This document shows, in pieces, positions 1 to 12,479 of a stretch of 64,000 nt of DNA. Origin of the DNA: Rhina ancylostomus (lineage: Eukaryota). A program made the position numbers and the translations under genes. The notes below the pieces were generated by a model. The model was given only the letters and a program-made list of their open reading frames with translations, had not been told where the DNA came from and made no database searches. The stretch is taken from contig JARFYF010000084.1 in assembly GCA_030265395.1 (NCBI GenBank), forward strand, positions 59,398,680-59,462,679. Reading direction: 5' to 3'. Position 1 is the first letter of the stretch. Each line of letters starts with the position of its first letter.

Positions 1-3
1 TAC

Positions 4-3000
4 CCTTCTGAGAAAAGCTCTCACTGAAGTGGTGCAGTTCTACAGAACCAAATCTCCAACATCTTTCCTGTGCTACCATAATTCCTGCACGACTTCATGC
101 ATCATTTCCAATATTATAATAATATTTGGAAAAATTATATTTTATACATAGCATAACCTCATTTCTGCTTGCCAGGGTTTATTCCTGCTTCCAAAAAAGC
201 TGTCTCCACCATACTCCAATATAGCTTTATTCATCCTTTGGATATATCCATAGAAGGCAATACAAGTAGAGTAAGGGCTGTGTTGGAAGGGGAGGAAGCA
301 CAGGTTGAAGATAATCTTTTTAAAAAAAGGAAAATGAAAGTGGCAATTTTGAAAAGATGGTCAGGACTGAGTCAAGTAAAGATAAATAAGTGATCAGGAA
401 ATGGGTTCAGCAGAATTCAGGATCTAGGGGAAGATTCAATTCTGACAAAGGTCAACAAAAAAAAGTATTGATATATTTTTATTTCATCAAGAAATGGGCA
501 ATAAAGAGAACCTTACCAACATCACACAAGAGTGAAGAAAATCCAATTTCTACTTTTTCACTAAAATTAATATACATTCCATTGAGGAGAACATGGGCAA
601 TTTATACTTTGATTGGAATAATTAATATAAAAGCTCTCTCAATCCTACTAAAAATCCTTTCTTACAGAAAAGGTAATAACAAGTTGTATGCTATTCCTTT
701 CAACATTTCTCCATTAGTGATAAATGGCTACTTTAAAAAAAATGTTTCTTGTGGTTTAAGTGTTACAATTCTCATTCACTTTGGATTGAGACACTAATAT
801 TTCTCCTCCCTACAGGAAATCTTCTCTGACACAGGAATTGTTAAACTGCCGTGAAGTCTATAAATGGCAGCTTTTCACCATGAAGGACTGAACTTCCATT
901 TGTCCTGAAGAGCAACCAACATCTTCCAAGTGAGAACAGAATTTTTTTTTAAACAAACAAACTTCTTTGGACTTTGACCATTTGAGTAATAACCAGATGA
1001 TTATTTTAATATGGCTAGAACACACCACCCGCCCCCTTCCCCATATAAACAAATTAATATTCAAATGGGTTACACCCACATCCTGCATTTTCTTAATACG
1101 CTGGCAGAACTGAATAATTCAGATTGAAGAGTTAATTACCAATAATCTTGTACTTTGTTCTTATTGGTAGGATGAAAAAAGTTCAATTTCAATAAATACA
1201 TAGAAATGGCATTTGGAAAATAGATTACAGTCTGCACTGCACTCAGTGATAACCATCCTAATGCCACTTCTCTATCTCAAAAAAGACAAGGAATAAAAAT
1301 TTGCCCTATCCATGTATTAATATATCTAAGAATTCTAATATACTGCATGTCATTAGTTTCATTTTGTATTTTCATAACTTTTTTTAAAAAAGACACACTA
1401 ACAACTGAGATTCATGGTAACCAGACCACAATGACATTGTTTCATGAAGAGGGGAAAAACACGTATCTTGGCAATTCTTGTGAATCGATAAATCATTACG
1501 GATGACGATGTACTGACTCCAATCTCATATGCAAGGAACTGAATGGAGATGAACGGATATGGAAACACATGCAAACTGCCATACAAGATAGAAATACTGA
1601 ATTTCATGAAGCTAATTGCAAAAGCACAGAACTTATAAACATTCCAAAATTAATACAAGCAAGTAAATGTTACCATTAATATTCAGTGCAATTCACTTAA
1701 TTAGATCCACTAAATGACCCATATAAATATACAGCACAATTTGCCATAATTAAAAAACTGAAAAGAAACCTCAATTCAGCCAATCCTTTAATATTAAATG
1801 CTAATGATCCTATTAAAAATTTCTTTTCGTCAAATACCTTGTGTCTCTTTTATTAGCTAATAGCACATAGACTTTGGTATTTTTTAATGATTCAAAAATA
1901 AAATTGTTTCTGGAAATCATCGCAGGTTTATCATTTTTAGTAGTACATAAGCATTTATAGGCATGATGCATAGGGCTGGTCAAGCAGAGTATCCTTTGCA
2001 TATTGATAAAACCTTGCTTTAATAACTGGCAACCTTACTACATATGTTTTACCCCTTCAGCATAGAAGTAAAAACATAATTTAAATATAATTGTTAGTCA
2101 TGATGCAAAACAATTAAATTTAAATAAGCACAAAAAATAGACGAGGGTAAAATAATTAGAGTAGATCCACTCCTCATGAATACCACCTTCCCCCTTCCCC
2201 CCACAACAATAGTTGCAGGGGACCCCAGGAAATACTTCTGTGTGCTCAAAGTATGTTGGCATAAGCAATGCCTTTAGGCAAGCAAGGACAACTCAATATG
2301 TTGATATCTGAAATTGCAGTTGTATGTGATACATCATCAACATAATTGAAGTACAGAAAAGGTCTTTTAGCTTTTATTACCACTTTTATTTTAGAGTTAT
2401 TACACTGATTTACATGATAAACATTACTTCCTTTCATATGGTATTTAGAGCAGTATTTTTTTTTAATTTACCTGTTTATAGTATTCTTTGACTTGTGTTC
2501 ATCAAGTGAAAGCAATGCTATAAATACGAGCCTGCATTCAAAGTGATATAACTGAAAACAGTCCAGGAAAATCATTGCAAGTGAAAGCTTAGGAATTTCT
2601 GTTTAGTTCTGGAATGCTCACATATAAACTAGATAGGGTGATGATAATAACCAATACCTTTAAAATCTTCAGTCTCAAAACTCAGAGATACGATTTGACC
2701 ACTTCAAGGTTGCTGATTTTACACACCAGAAGTTAACATCTATGAAATGCTTTAAAGATTTTGGTAGATATTCAACATCTGGGAAGAAAATTGTTCATAT
2801 AGAAAATGTTGTGAATCCTTGCAGCAGTAAATCTCTGCACTGTATATCACTGCTGCAAATGCTTAAACACAAAAAGCTGTGGTGTGCAGCGTGTCAAGAA
2901 AAATATTGCAGCCCATAAAACATATTATTAGGGAGCCAGTTAATCACACCATTTGTGCAGTCACCTCACTTTTCAGTATTATCAATTCTTCTTAGTCCGT

Positions 3001-3868
3001 GGGGATAAAGTTTGTATATAATGTCAATATTAGTTAACAACTTTACACGTTAAAAAAAATCCCCTGAAAAGGTATCACACTTAATTGGAATACTAAATAT
3101 ACTAGAGATAACAACACTCAGCAACTTTTAAAAAATGGAAAATGCATTTTTGTGAATTATGGCATTTTCCTAACTAAATGGTACTATTTTTAAGAAAATA
3201 TCTAACTCGATGAAACCACAAAAAGCAAGTAGCAAATCAGAAGGAAAAACTTTGCTTATAGGAGACACCACTACGTAAAGAAAATAAAGATTGAAAAGAT
3301 CTGCACGATGTCTAACAGTTCTCTATAAGGTTACATTCACGTGCAACGAATTCAGTATATTGCGCGCGGTGTATATGCAGCTAATTAACATCAAAACTTG
3401 TTAACATGAAGCATCTTTGCGAACAGTAAGTGGTAAATCAGTGCTGTATACAACGTTAGGCACAAGAAAACACAGCATGCAAGTGTTTCATTTAGGGGGA
3501 AAAACAGGAATTGGAAGATTGATTCGTTTGTATTGGGTACAACGTGACTTGGCTGTTTGTTAATATCCCAAGCTCAATGACATTACCCAGACTTTTACGA
3601 AATACAATTTCCTAATTAGCAAAAACGTAAGATAATCGTAGTCTAATTAATTTAGAAAATATAAAAGGCCAAATGTTTTTATAGTCACCTGGAAAGTCAA
3701 TAGAGGACAAATTGCAGCCAGTTTTAACGATACCACTATGTTACTTATTTTTAAGACTTTAAAATCTCTTAAAAACCACTTACCCAGTTGACAGCAAACA
3801 TTGTAAATGGACAGCAGCAAAGTCCAGCAAATGCAGTATGCCTGGAGTATTTGTATTGCCATTGTCAT
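4..3868 (-). pseudogene. CATSPERG: Multi-exon disabled gene encoding a signal-peptide protein, CatSper auxiliary subunit gamma (CATSPERG)-like; continues beyond the left edge
   Basis: AG/GT-bounded, mostly phase-consistent exons: 3868-3784 (MTMAIQILQAYCICWTLLLSIYNVCCQL, Kozak ACAATGG, donor gtaagt), 3688-3587 (GDYKNIWPFIFSKLIRLRLSYVFAN*EIVFRKSL), 2778-2658 (DVEYLPKSLKHFIDVNFWCVKS, frameshift), 2551-2472, 2307-2236 (1 stop), 2033-1838 (..KVYVLLANKRDT), 1611-1463 (SFMKFSISIL..IYRFTRIAKI), 1159-994 (NSSI*IIQFCQRIKKMQDV), 560-517, 235-158, 67-4. Collinear resemblance to recalled human CATSPERG: YVLL..DTSFMKFSI vs YVLMTDTSFKDFSL, FIDVNFWC vs YLKINYSC, IYRFT vs VYYFT, I*I..IKKMQDV vs SWI..IKKLCPV. 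The gene structure is well supported; the family assignment is moderate. Confidence 0.6.
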
Positions 3869-3889
3869 TAATCGATTGCTTTTGGTTTA

Positions 3890-4350
3890 CTTCGCGACAA
3901 CTGGCATTCAAAGTGATTTTTGCAGGGTGGGTGAAAAGGCGCCAAGCTTATTGCCCCCCGCTCAATGCAGAGTTTTCGGGTGGCAGCACCACAGCCGGTT
4001 CCAGCGCTCCGCTCTGCTTGTGTTGCAGTAGTTACAGGATTCCCCGGGCGCAGGCGGTCAGAGGAGCTGGAGCGATGGGGGAGGAGTTAATGGGCCGGGG
4101 ACAGCCGCGCGCCGCCCTGTCCTCGGGNNNNNNNNNNNNNNNNNNNNNNNNNNNNNNNNNNNNNNNNNNNNNNNNNNNNNNNNNNNNNNNNNNNNNNNNN
4201 NNNNNNNNNNNNNNNNNNNNNNNNNNNCCTCGGGGCTCTGCGCGCACTCGCGAGGGCTCACATCGGAATGGGCGCGTTCGCGATAGAGGAGCGCGAGCTG
4301 GCGGGTTGGGCGCGCGCCCGGGCCCGGGTCCGGGTCCTCCGCGCACGCAC
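3890..4350. promoter_or_regulatory. CpG island, putative promoter between divergent genes
   Basis: Abrupt GC- and CpG-rich stretch (gcgcgc, cccggg, cgcgag) in an otherwise CpG-depleted window, immediately 5' of the minus-strand ATG at 3868. Interrupted by the N-gap at 4128-4227. Confidence 0.75.
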
Positions 4351-4565
4351 CTTTTCCTTGTTGCCTCTTCTCTTTATAAATCTTTGCAGATTTGGTGAAG
4401 CTGGTGCATAAATGTCATTGAAAATATATTTCTGATTCCTTTTAGGCTTGGGATTCAGTTGTTACTGTCTAAATTGATTTCCTTGGTTAGGATATTTTGT
4501 AGTGGATTATCATCAGGTACAATATCAGTCCCTTCAGAAGATTGTACTAGTTTTATTGAAAGCAT
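4351..4565 (-). other. Candidate upstream exon (5' UTR or frameshifted N-terminal extension) of the CATSPERG-like gene
   Basis: Ends AAG|gtgcgt at 4351. ATG at 4565 reads MLSIKLVQSS..DSNN*; a 1-nt shift gives QLNPKPKRNQKY..RRGNKEK, which would splice in frame to the acceptor at 3841. Confidence 0.4.
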
Positions 4566-5559
4566 TGTCTTCTGATGAAGAGCACAGCGCCACAGTTTGG
4601 ACACTGTGAACAGCGATACACCCAATAAATATCGGGCATTCTTATGGCGCCCGCTGACAGCAATAGTAGACAGCACGCCTAAGGCAACAATTGCTCAATT
4701 CCCAGTCGCCAGAAGCAAATGCATTCAAAATGAAAGTGTTTTACAACCTTTCCACTCAGTGACCAAAGCTACCATGAGCAAGACCTCTAAATTGAGCTTT
4801 TAAAAATGAAGCATATTTTGATGATTATTGTTCAAAATAATAGTTCACTACAAGTTTGCAATTTTGTTTTGGATTTCATCTTTGTTCTAAATATGAAGAT
4901 GTCACGGAATCCTTTCTCTTTAAAGTGAAGCTATCAGCTGCTATGCTTCTCCTACTATCCAGCCTTCCCTGCCCCCACTCCTTTTAACCCACCTCACAAC
5001 TCCAGCACACTTCCGTAGCATTCCTGTCTCTATCTCAGTCCTCATTTGATTTATTCATTCCCCAAAGCACACCACTTTAAACCTCCGGTTCAAGATTCCG
5101 ATCACCCAATTATATTTATCAGCCCCATGTACCAGCATTATCCCTATCATAAATAGTTTACGCCCTTATCCTCGCAAACTGTCGCAAACTTCATTTCCCT
5201 TCTTCTCCCCCACCCCCCTGCAATTTTTTGAAAATTCTTATCTCCCAATAAACACTTGTGCTGATCCCTGTTCTGCTATACCCCTACCATTTCCCACCAT
5301 TCCTTCTACCAGACCTTGACCATTTCAATTTTATGAATAAAATTCTTGAAGGAATACAAGACTTCCTACAGTCAGTCCAATGGCTTCCAAGCCCACTCAG
5401 ATCCATTCCTAACACCTCTAAATTATTATTTTCATGTTATCTTTAAAAGTTAACCACAAGCACACATCAATGGCACGTTAATGTACTTCTCTTCTGGTGT
5501 TGAATTAGCATGCAACTGCTGATTAAAACTTCAAGCCTCAGGACGGAATAAAAACACAT

Positions 5560-6830
5560 TTATACAATGGCTTTATTTTGTTAAAAAATCCCAATGTAAA
5601 TTGCAAGTATGGAACAACATCTCATCAAAAAAAAAAGAGTTATTAGCAAGTGTAATTAAAAGCTTAAAACCAGCAAGTTTTAATGTGAGTATTAAAAGGA
5701 AGGTGAATGGGTATAAGGTTTAGAAAGGGAAATCCAAAGCATAACGTCCGCAAAGCTGAAGGTTCAGCGCAGGGTTAAGAGATCTTAAGGTGCCCAAAAA
5801 GTCAGAGTTGGAGAAATACCGAGTTGTTGGTGGTCACAGAAGTAGAAAATTTATTATGGATTTGAACACAAAGAATTTCAAGTTTGCAGCATATGGGGAC
5901 TAGTTGTCAATGCTGGTCTGCTGGGTGTTGGGTAAAAAGAAAAAGGTGCAGAATTGGATATGGACAGCAGAGTTCTAGAAGAACTGAAATCTATAGACGG
6001 TGGAAGGTTCAAAGTCAAAAGTCAAAGTCGAGTTTATTGTCATATGCACATGTATGCAAAGATGCAATGAAAAACCTACCTGCAGCAGCATCACAGGCAC
6101 ATAGCATCAGGTACACAACAATCACAAGAGTTAAGAGCAACCCAAGACTACTGGAAAAATGAAAAGTGGCAAAGGGGCAGCAGGAGGCTTGCACTACAGA
6201 CAGGAACAGGCAATGTGATAGAAGCCTTTAATATAGCTGATCTTTAAAACAAAGAGAAGTTGGGGTCAATAACTCTAAAATGGGCCAGATAGGACTGTGA
6301 GATTGCAAATAATTTGACCTAGCACGAAACATTGACAGAGAAGGGGGATGGAATTGAGAAGATGATTGCTTCCGTCTTAGTATTTAACTAGAGGAAATCC
6401 TGACTCATCTAGAATTGGAAGTTTACAACATATAGAGGCAGAAGAGGTTATTCAAAGTAAAAGAGACATGGAGCTGGCTTCCCAGCTGTATATCATTCCA
6501 AGTAAAGCAGTCTCCATTATTTCAAATAATGTTCATAAGGGACAGTGGGTGGGGGGAAAGAAAGAGAATTAAAGGTCAAAGAATTGATTCTTGTGATCTC
6601 AGGAATACCATTTGGGATAGGAAGAAAAACCGTTGCAAGGTGTTGCTTTGGCCATGTGTGGAAAAGTGAAAATAGATCCAAGGTGAGCTATGTTTCCACC
6701 TAGCTGAACATCAGAAGAAAAGGTTTGAAGGAAGACGGTATTGTCAACCATACTAATGCAGAGGACTTGAGATAGATAAAGAGGGACAAAGCATCATTGT
6801 CACAGAGAAGGTAATTAACGACTTGCGTAG
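5560..6830 (-). mobile_element. Old degenerate L2-type LINE fragment
   Basis: Resembles the antisense of elasmobranch L2 ORF2/3' sequence (gatttgaacaca..gcagagttctagaagaactgaa); no open frame. Confidence 0.55.
6008..6130 (-). mobile_element. LINE 3' tail (Rex1/Babar-type) inserted in the L2
   Basis: (aaagtc)n tail plus tttattgtcat; the core gcaatgaaaaac..tgcagcagcatcacaggcacatagcatca recurs at 59263-59335. Confidence 0.6.
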
Positions 6831-7765
6831 GCTAGAAACAGTCAGCAGATCAGGTCTCATCTGTGAAACAGAGATAACATTTCAGGTCAATGATTTGTCA
6901 TTAGAACTGGAAAAAATTAGAAATTAAACAAGTTTTAAGATGCATAGAAATAGGCAGGGCAGAAAGAGCAGAAAAGTTCTGTAACAGGTTAGAGATCAGA
7001 AGAGAGCAAATGAAGCAAATGATGGTGGTGCCAGCTGAGTGAGAGCATTAAAAATGTGTCTGGCTGTACTTTACCATCATAACTTTCTGTATTTCAGGAA
7101 CCCAAACCCTCTGTTCTGGTGAAATTGCAATTTACTTACCCTTCTTCCAAATTATTGTATTGCATTCGGTGTTCACAACGTGGTCTCCTCTACACTTCCT
7201 TGCACAACACTTTCAAGTGATCCACATCGGAAACCCCAAGCTTCCTGTTGCCCGTCACTTTAATTCTCTATCCCATTGCCAGGCTTACCTTGACTTCTCC
7301 ATCTTTGGCCACCTACAATGTTCTAATGAAGCCCAACACAAGTTTGAAATAACCATAACTCATCTCCTACTTGGCACATAATAGCCTTCAGGACTGAACA
7401 TTGAATTTAAGATCATAAGTTATCCTCGTCATGTCTCTCTCATTTGGAACATTTGTTTTAAAAATCCTTCCTCTTCAGGTTTTTCAGAGTTCATTCCTAT
7501 TTATACCTCCTTGAGGCATATCTCCACCACCCCTTCTTCACCAGCACCACCTAGCCTTCTGCCATTCATTCAGACTCCCAGGGTCTGCACCCTATCACAG
7601 GTACTCCCCTTGGTTTTGCCTCCTTTCTTTTCAACTCAAAACTTGTTTCATTTCTAACTTTTTCTCAGATTTGATAAAAGGTCACTCACCTACATTTTAA
7701 CACCCTTTCCCTGTCCACTGATGCTTGATATTCAGAGCATTTCCAGCATTTTCTGTTTTTAGTTT
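6830..7765 (+). mobile_element. Penelope-like element remnant with inverted pseudo-LTRs and a GIY-YIG fragment
   Basis: 7130-7410 gives YCIRCSQRGLLY..LPVARHFNS..CSNEAQHK..GLNIEF; 6830-6960 and 7620-7765 are degenerate inverted copies of each other. Confidence 0.75.
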
Positions 7766-8599
7766 AAGAAATTTATGAAGAAATGCAAGATTGAAACCAG
7801 TGTGGCAGATTACAAAGAAAGGAGTAAGTAAATATGTATACACAAAACAAATTGTGCCAGAATAGCCTGAAACAACACAACTTTCAACCGTGAAAAATTA
7901 CATAAGGAGTGATCTTCAGATATTTGAAAGTGCATCAAATTAATATCTGGGTCGGGTACATCACCAGCAGGGATTATTCTTTTTATATTTTCTCAACCAA
8001 GCACTCATATGCTGGGATGCTAGTTAGTTGTTAAAGTAAAGAGATAATTATGGTTTTCTTTCAATTGTGGCAGTTCAGCATATAATGCAAGTTGAAAAAA
8101 CAGACAGCTATCTGACGGTATTTGACATTTCCAAAAAGTTCAGAAAATACTGCTTCATCCCTGATATTAGAGCACTGATTTCTGATAAAGGAGTGGCTGT
8201 AAATGGATCTGAGAGATTGGTTGGACAAATTAAATCTAAAGGATTGTTTTATTGCCAATGCTGAGATTCATAACTCTGATGAGCAAAAGCTCAATATTCT
8301 CACTCCACTTTTGTATTTTGTATCCTTTATACTAAAGTACACAAGTTGCACCATTCAGAAATGTCACACTAAGCCTTAGATTTTGAGATTATTGCAATCT
8401 TCCTCTTTTCTACACCCTTTTACAAAATGCAGCATAATACTGTGTTTCATCTCAAGGTACAATTCCATGTGTTGACCTGTGTTAAGCAACTGTCATGCCA
8501 AATGGGACAGATTAAGGCCAGATCCAATAGTTTGAAACAGGGAAACAATAAAATCTTATGAACTGTGGATGGAAAATGGTTAAAAGTCAAAATCAAAGG

Positions 8600-9210
8600 C
8601 TTTTTGAATGCAGAAAGCTTTTGTAATTAGGTGGATAAATCATGGCATAAATTTTGAACAAATGGGTTTGAGCTAGTGAGTTGTGGTAGTAAGATAATCA
8701 AGGCTGGGAACAGAATACTCAATGGTATTTCATATTTTGTAAAGGCTGTCGGAATGGATAAGATGGAGGTATAGGGTGGGAGATGGTGGTGAGAGGTTAG
8801 AGAGGGCTTGCAATGGTGCTTTACACTAACAATAATGGATGACATTAGGTTGCAGAGAATAAAGTAATTGGCTCAGATGATCAAACTGTTGAATGATTTG
8901 GATGGGGATAAGGATGAACAAGGCCCAGAAAACATTGGTGCGAGTAGTCTTTTAGCCTACTCCCGTCACCGCAACTATATTCTTGAACACAGTACAAATG
9001 GAGAAAGGGTTGGGGAGGTGAATGTGCAGGGTACTTGTACCAAAGGTAATTCAATAATCGTAAGGATGAATTCATGGCATACATGAAACACCACTTCAAA
9101 GAACAATACTTTACTGACCCAACCACAGATCTGGTCATGTGTAATGAAGTAAGGTTAATTAGTAATTTCATAATAAAGGATTATCTGTCAAAAAGTGATC
9201 ATAATATATT
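8600..9210 (+). mobile_element. Degenerate CR1 endonuclease region
   Basis: EQYFTDPT..DLVMCNE..SKSDHN (AP-endonuclease SDH motif). Confidence 0.65.
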
Positions 9211-9234
9211 TCTCACTGTCTTACTGAATAGTCA

Positions 9235-10065
9235 GAGAACTGTAGAGCTATGCAGCACAGAAAACAGGCTCTTCAGCCCAGCTCATCCATGCTGACCAAG
9301 TTGCTTCACTGAGCTAATCCCATTTGCCTGCATTTGGCCCATAACCCTCCAAATCTTTCCTATCCATTTACCTATCCATTTACCTATCCAACTTTCTTTT
9401 AAATGTCAGAATTGTACCCACCTCTATCACTTTCTCTCGCAGCTTGTTCCATATATGCACCACCCTCCATGTGGAAATAGTTGCCCCTCAGGTCCCTTTT
9501 ACATCGTTCCTCTCTCTCTTTAAACCTATACCCTCTAGTTTTGGACTCCCCTACCCTGTAAAAAAGACTGTGGCTATTTGACTTATCTCTGCCCCTCATG
9601 ATTTTATAAACCATTGCAAGGTAACCCCTCAGCATTCTGCACTTCAGGGTAAAAAATCCTGGCCTATTCAGCCTCTCCTTATAACCCAAACCCTATCGTC
9701 ACTATAATATCCTCACCTTTTTAATGACATCCTTCCCATAGCAGGGCAACAAGAACCGTATGCAGTACTCCAAATGTGGCCTTACCAAGGTCATGTACAA
9801 CTGTAACATGATGTCCCAACTCCTGTACTCAATATCCTGACCAATGAAGGCAAGCACGCCAAACACCTTCTTCACCACAGTCTCCCTGTGTCACCATTTT
9901 CAAGGAACAATGTACCTGCTCTCCTATGTCTTTCTGTTCTGCAGGGCCCTACCATATACTGTGCAAATCCTGCCCTGGTTTGTCTTACCAAAAAGCAACA
10001 CCTTGAATTTATTTGAATAAAACTCCATCTACAAATCGTTGATCCACTGGCCCAGTTGATCAAGA
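9235..10065 (-). mobile_element. CR1 LINE 3' fragment
   Basis: ORF 9399-9689 YKERLNRPGFFTL..VYKIMRG..SKTRGYRFK..RDLRGN; typical CR1 3' UTR. Confidence 0.9.
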
Positions 10066-11906
10066 ATATGAAGTTCTGTCCTAAATTAGAGCTCTAAATT
10101 GTAGGGGCAGTTACCTCAATGGGAAAGACAGGTTAGCTTGCAAGTTGGGTAGTTAAAGTATGGCAATAAATAAATAGTAGTAATAGAAATACTTTCCACT
10201 GAGAAACAAGGAGTTTCTGGGAAAATTAGTACATCTGTAGCTAACTAAAGAAATTATAGAAAGCAACAAGTTGAATGAAAAAGCTTAAAGTTACAAAAGA
10301 CAATCAAAGGCTTGAACAATAATTACCTTCTGTGGTGGGCTGTGGTACACTCAGGCAGCTCGACAACCTTGGGGATGTGGACTAAATCTGGCAGTTTCCT
10401 TGCAGATCCAGGCCATTTATGTTATCAAAAAGGAAGACATGGGGGACTTGTTACTTATTTGTCATCTGGGACCTGGAAAAGTTAATGTCATCTCCAGTGG
10501 TCTTTCTTCACTTCCTGTCCCATTGAGTAGATCATCCATAATTCACACCTCTCCCATTGGGACTTGAAAAAAGTTGTTATGAACATCATACGGTTTATAA
10601 TATATAATAAGACAATATCCATTTCTGGGTAATAAATTCTGTTGTTTGATTTTGAATATGTTGTTGCCTCAACCCTGCCCCAAAATGAGGATAAAATTTG
10701 TGACAACTGCAACCAAATCCTGAATGCATTACCATGATCGAGTTTGTTCTGATGGGAATTTTCTTCTGTCTCTTCTTGGTTGCCTGTTTGAGGAATAGAA
10801 TATTTCTGCTCAGTTAATGATCCTACAAATTTGCTCCAGTCCCCAAAACCAAGCACAAATCTAACCCTTTGCTGCAGGTCTTACAGCATTATCCATTGAT
10901 CTCTTCCAGCTCAGGAAACAGACTTAAACAATCACAATTCCAAATGTTATGGTTCAGTTGTGAAACAATTTTACACTGGCTATTTCCCCCTTAAGGCATA
11001 ATAGCAATCCTCTAAACTTGTTTCTCTATCACCACAACTACATTCCCTGCAAAGCACCTGGTCAAAAGAGGAGAAATGTGGATATACTTAAATATGCAAA
11101 TCCATCACCATGATGGACATTAAGATTTAGCTTTCTTCTAAAAGTGTTTTATCCCATCTGTCCACTAAATGTATATGCAATTTAAACCAAAAACCTAATC
11201 TGTCTCATCAGTTAATGATTTGTTAAAGCATTTGGTTTTAGCTTAGATGTGCACAAAACAAAAAGCATTCAGATGGCAATGGGGCACTTATACAAAATTA
11301 CAGTACCTGACAGGGAATTGAGCTGCACAGCAAGTGTGGGAATTTTCAGTGTATGACAGCAGCAAATCAATTGCTCTAGTCATAATCAATCAAAAATAGT
11401 CCCAATCTATTAGCAACAATGGCATTTGTGAGGAATACCATACTTGAAATCTTGTACAAATCTAACTGTCAGATTGAAACAGTTGGTGATGTGAAGAAAG
11501 CATCAGTCAGGAGATTTAATACAACAGTTCAGATAACATTAGGAAAATACATTATGAATGATTAATAAAAGCACCAAACCTGATGATATTTAATTGTCAG
11601 TTTCTGTAAGTGACCTTTGCTGTGTGCTGCAGGCATCTCTAAAACTATACAGTAATGGAAATCTTTGATATTTCCCTTCTCCAGTGACAGCTGTAAATGA
11701 CCAAGTTAATAAGGAGCTGAACCATCATTTGCAAAAACTACAGTTGTCAAAATCTGATTAGCCTGCTATGATAATATTATTTGGTTAAGCTAATGGACTG
11801 TTCAAAAGTTTCTCCCTAGATTGTCAGAATGTATTCAGATTGATTTTTCCCCCTTATCATTAGAAGTTTAAAACAAAGCATTGGCTATTTGATATTGTAG
11901 GTTTTT

Positions 11907-12462
11907 ACATAGTACAGTACAGGAATAGGCCCTTTAGCCCACCATGAGGCCAATCTAATCAATCCCATCTGCCTACACATGGTCCCTATCCCTCAATTCC
12001 TTATCTGTTCATGCAAATGTCAAAATACCTCCTAAGCATTGCTATCAGATCTGCTTCTACCACCCCCTCAGGCAGCATGTTCCAGACACCTACCACTCCA
12101 TGTGGGAAAAAAAGGTCTCCTTTAAACTTTCCTTCTCTTGTATTAAACCTTTGACATTTCCACCCTGGGAAAATGACAATCTACCCTAAGTATGCCTCTC
12201 ATAACTTTATACACTTCCATCAGCTCACTCCTCAGCCACTGATGCTCCAGAGAAAACAATCCAAGTTTGTCCAACCTCTTCTCATAGCTAATACCAGGTA
12301 ACATCCCAGTGAACCTCTTCTGTACCATCTCCAAAGCCTCCACGTCATTCATATAGCATGGTGACCAGAGCTGCACACAGTACCCCAAATGTAACCTAAC
12401 CAAAGTTTTATAGAGCTGTAGTATGACTTGTCAACTTTTATACTCAATGGCCCAACTGATAA
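11907..12462 (-). mobile_element. CR1 LINE 3' fragment
   Basis: VRLHLGYCVQLWSP..LEMVQKRFTGMLPG..YEKRLDKLGLFSLE. Confidence 0.9.
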
Positions 12463-12479
12463 ATAATGAATCATGCAGC

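Noticed and set aside
1463-2778. DCAF17, LEPR or CATSPERE as the identity of the minus-strand gene
   Set aside because: Only single short motifs or none; no collinear support.
3838-4398. 186-aa plus-strand ORF across the CpG island
   Set aside because: GC-rich, low stop density, spans a gap, and has no recognisable protein features.
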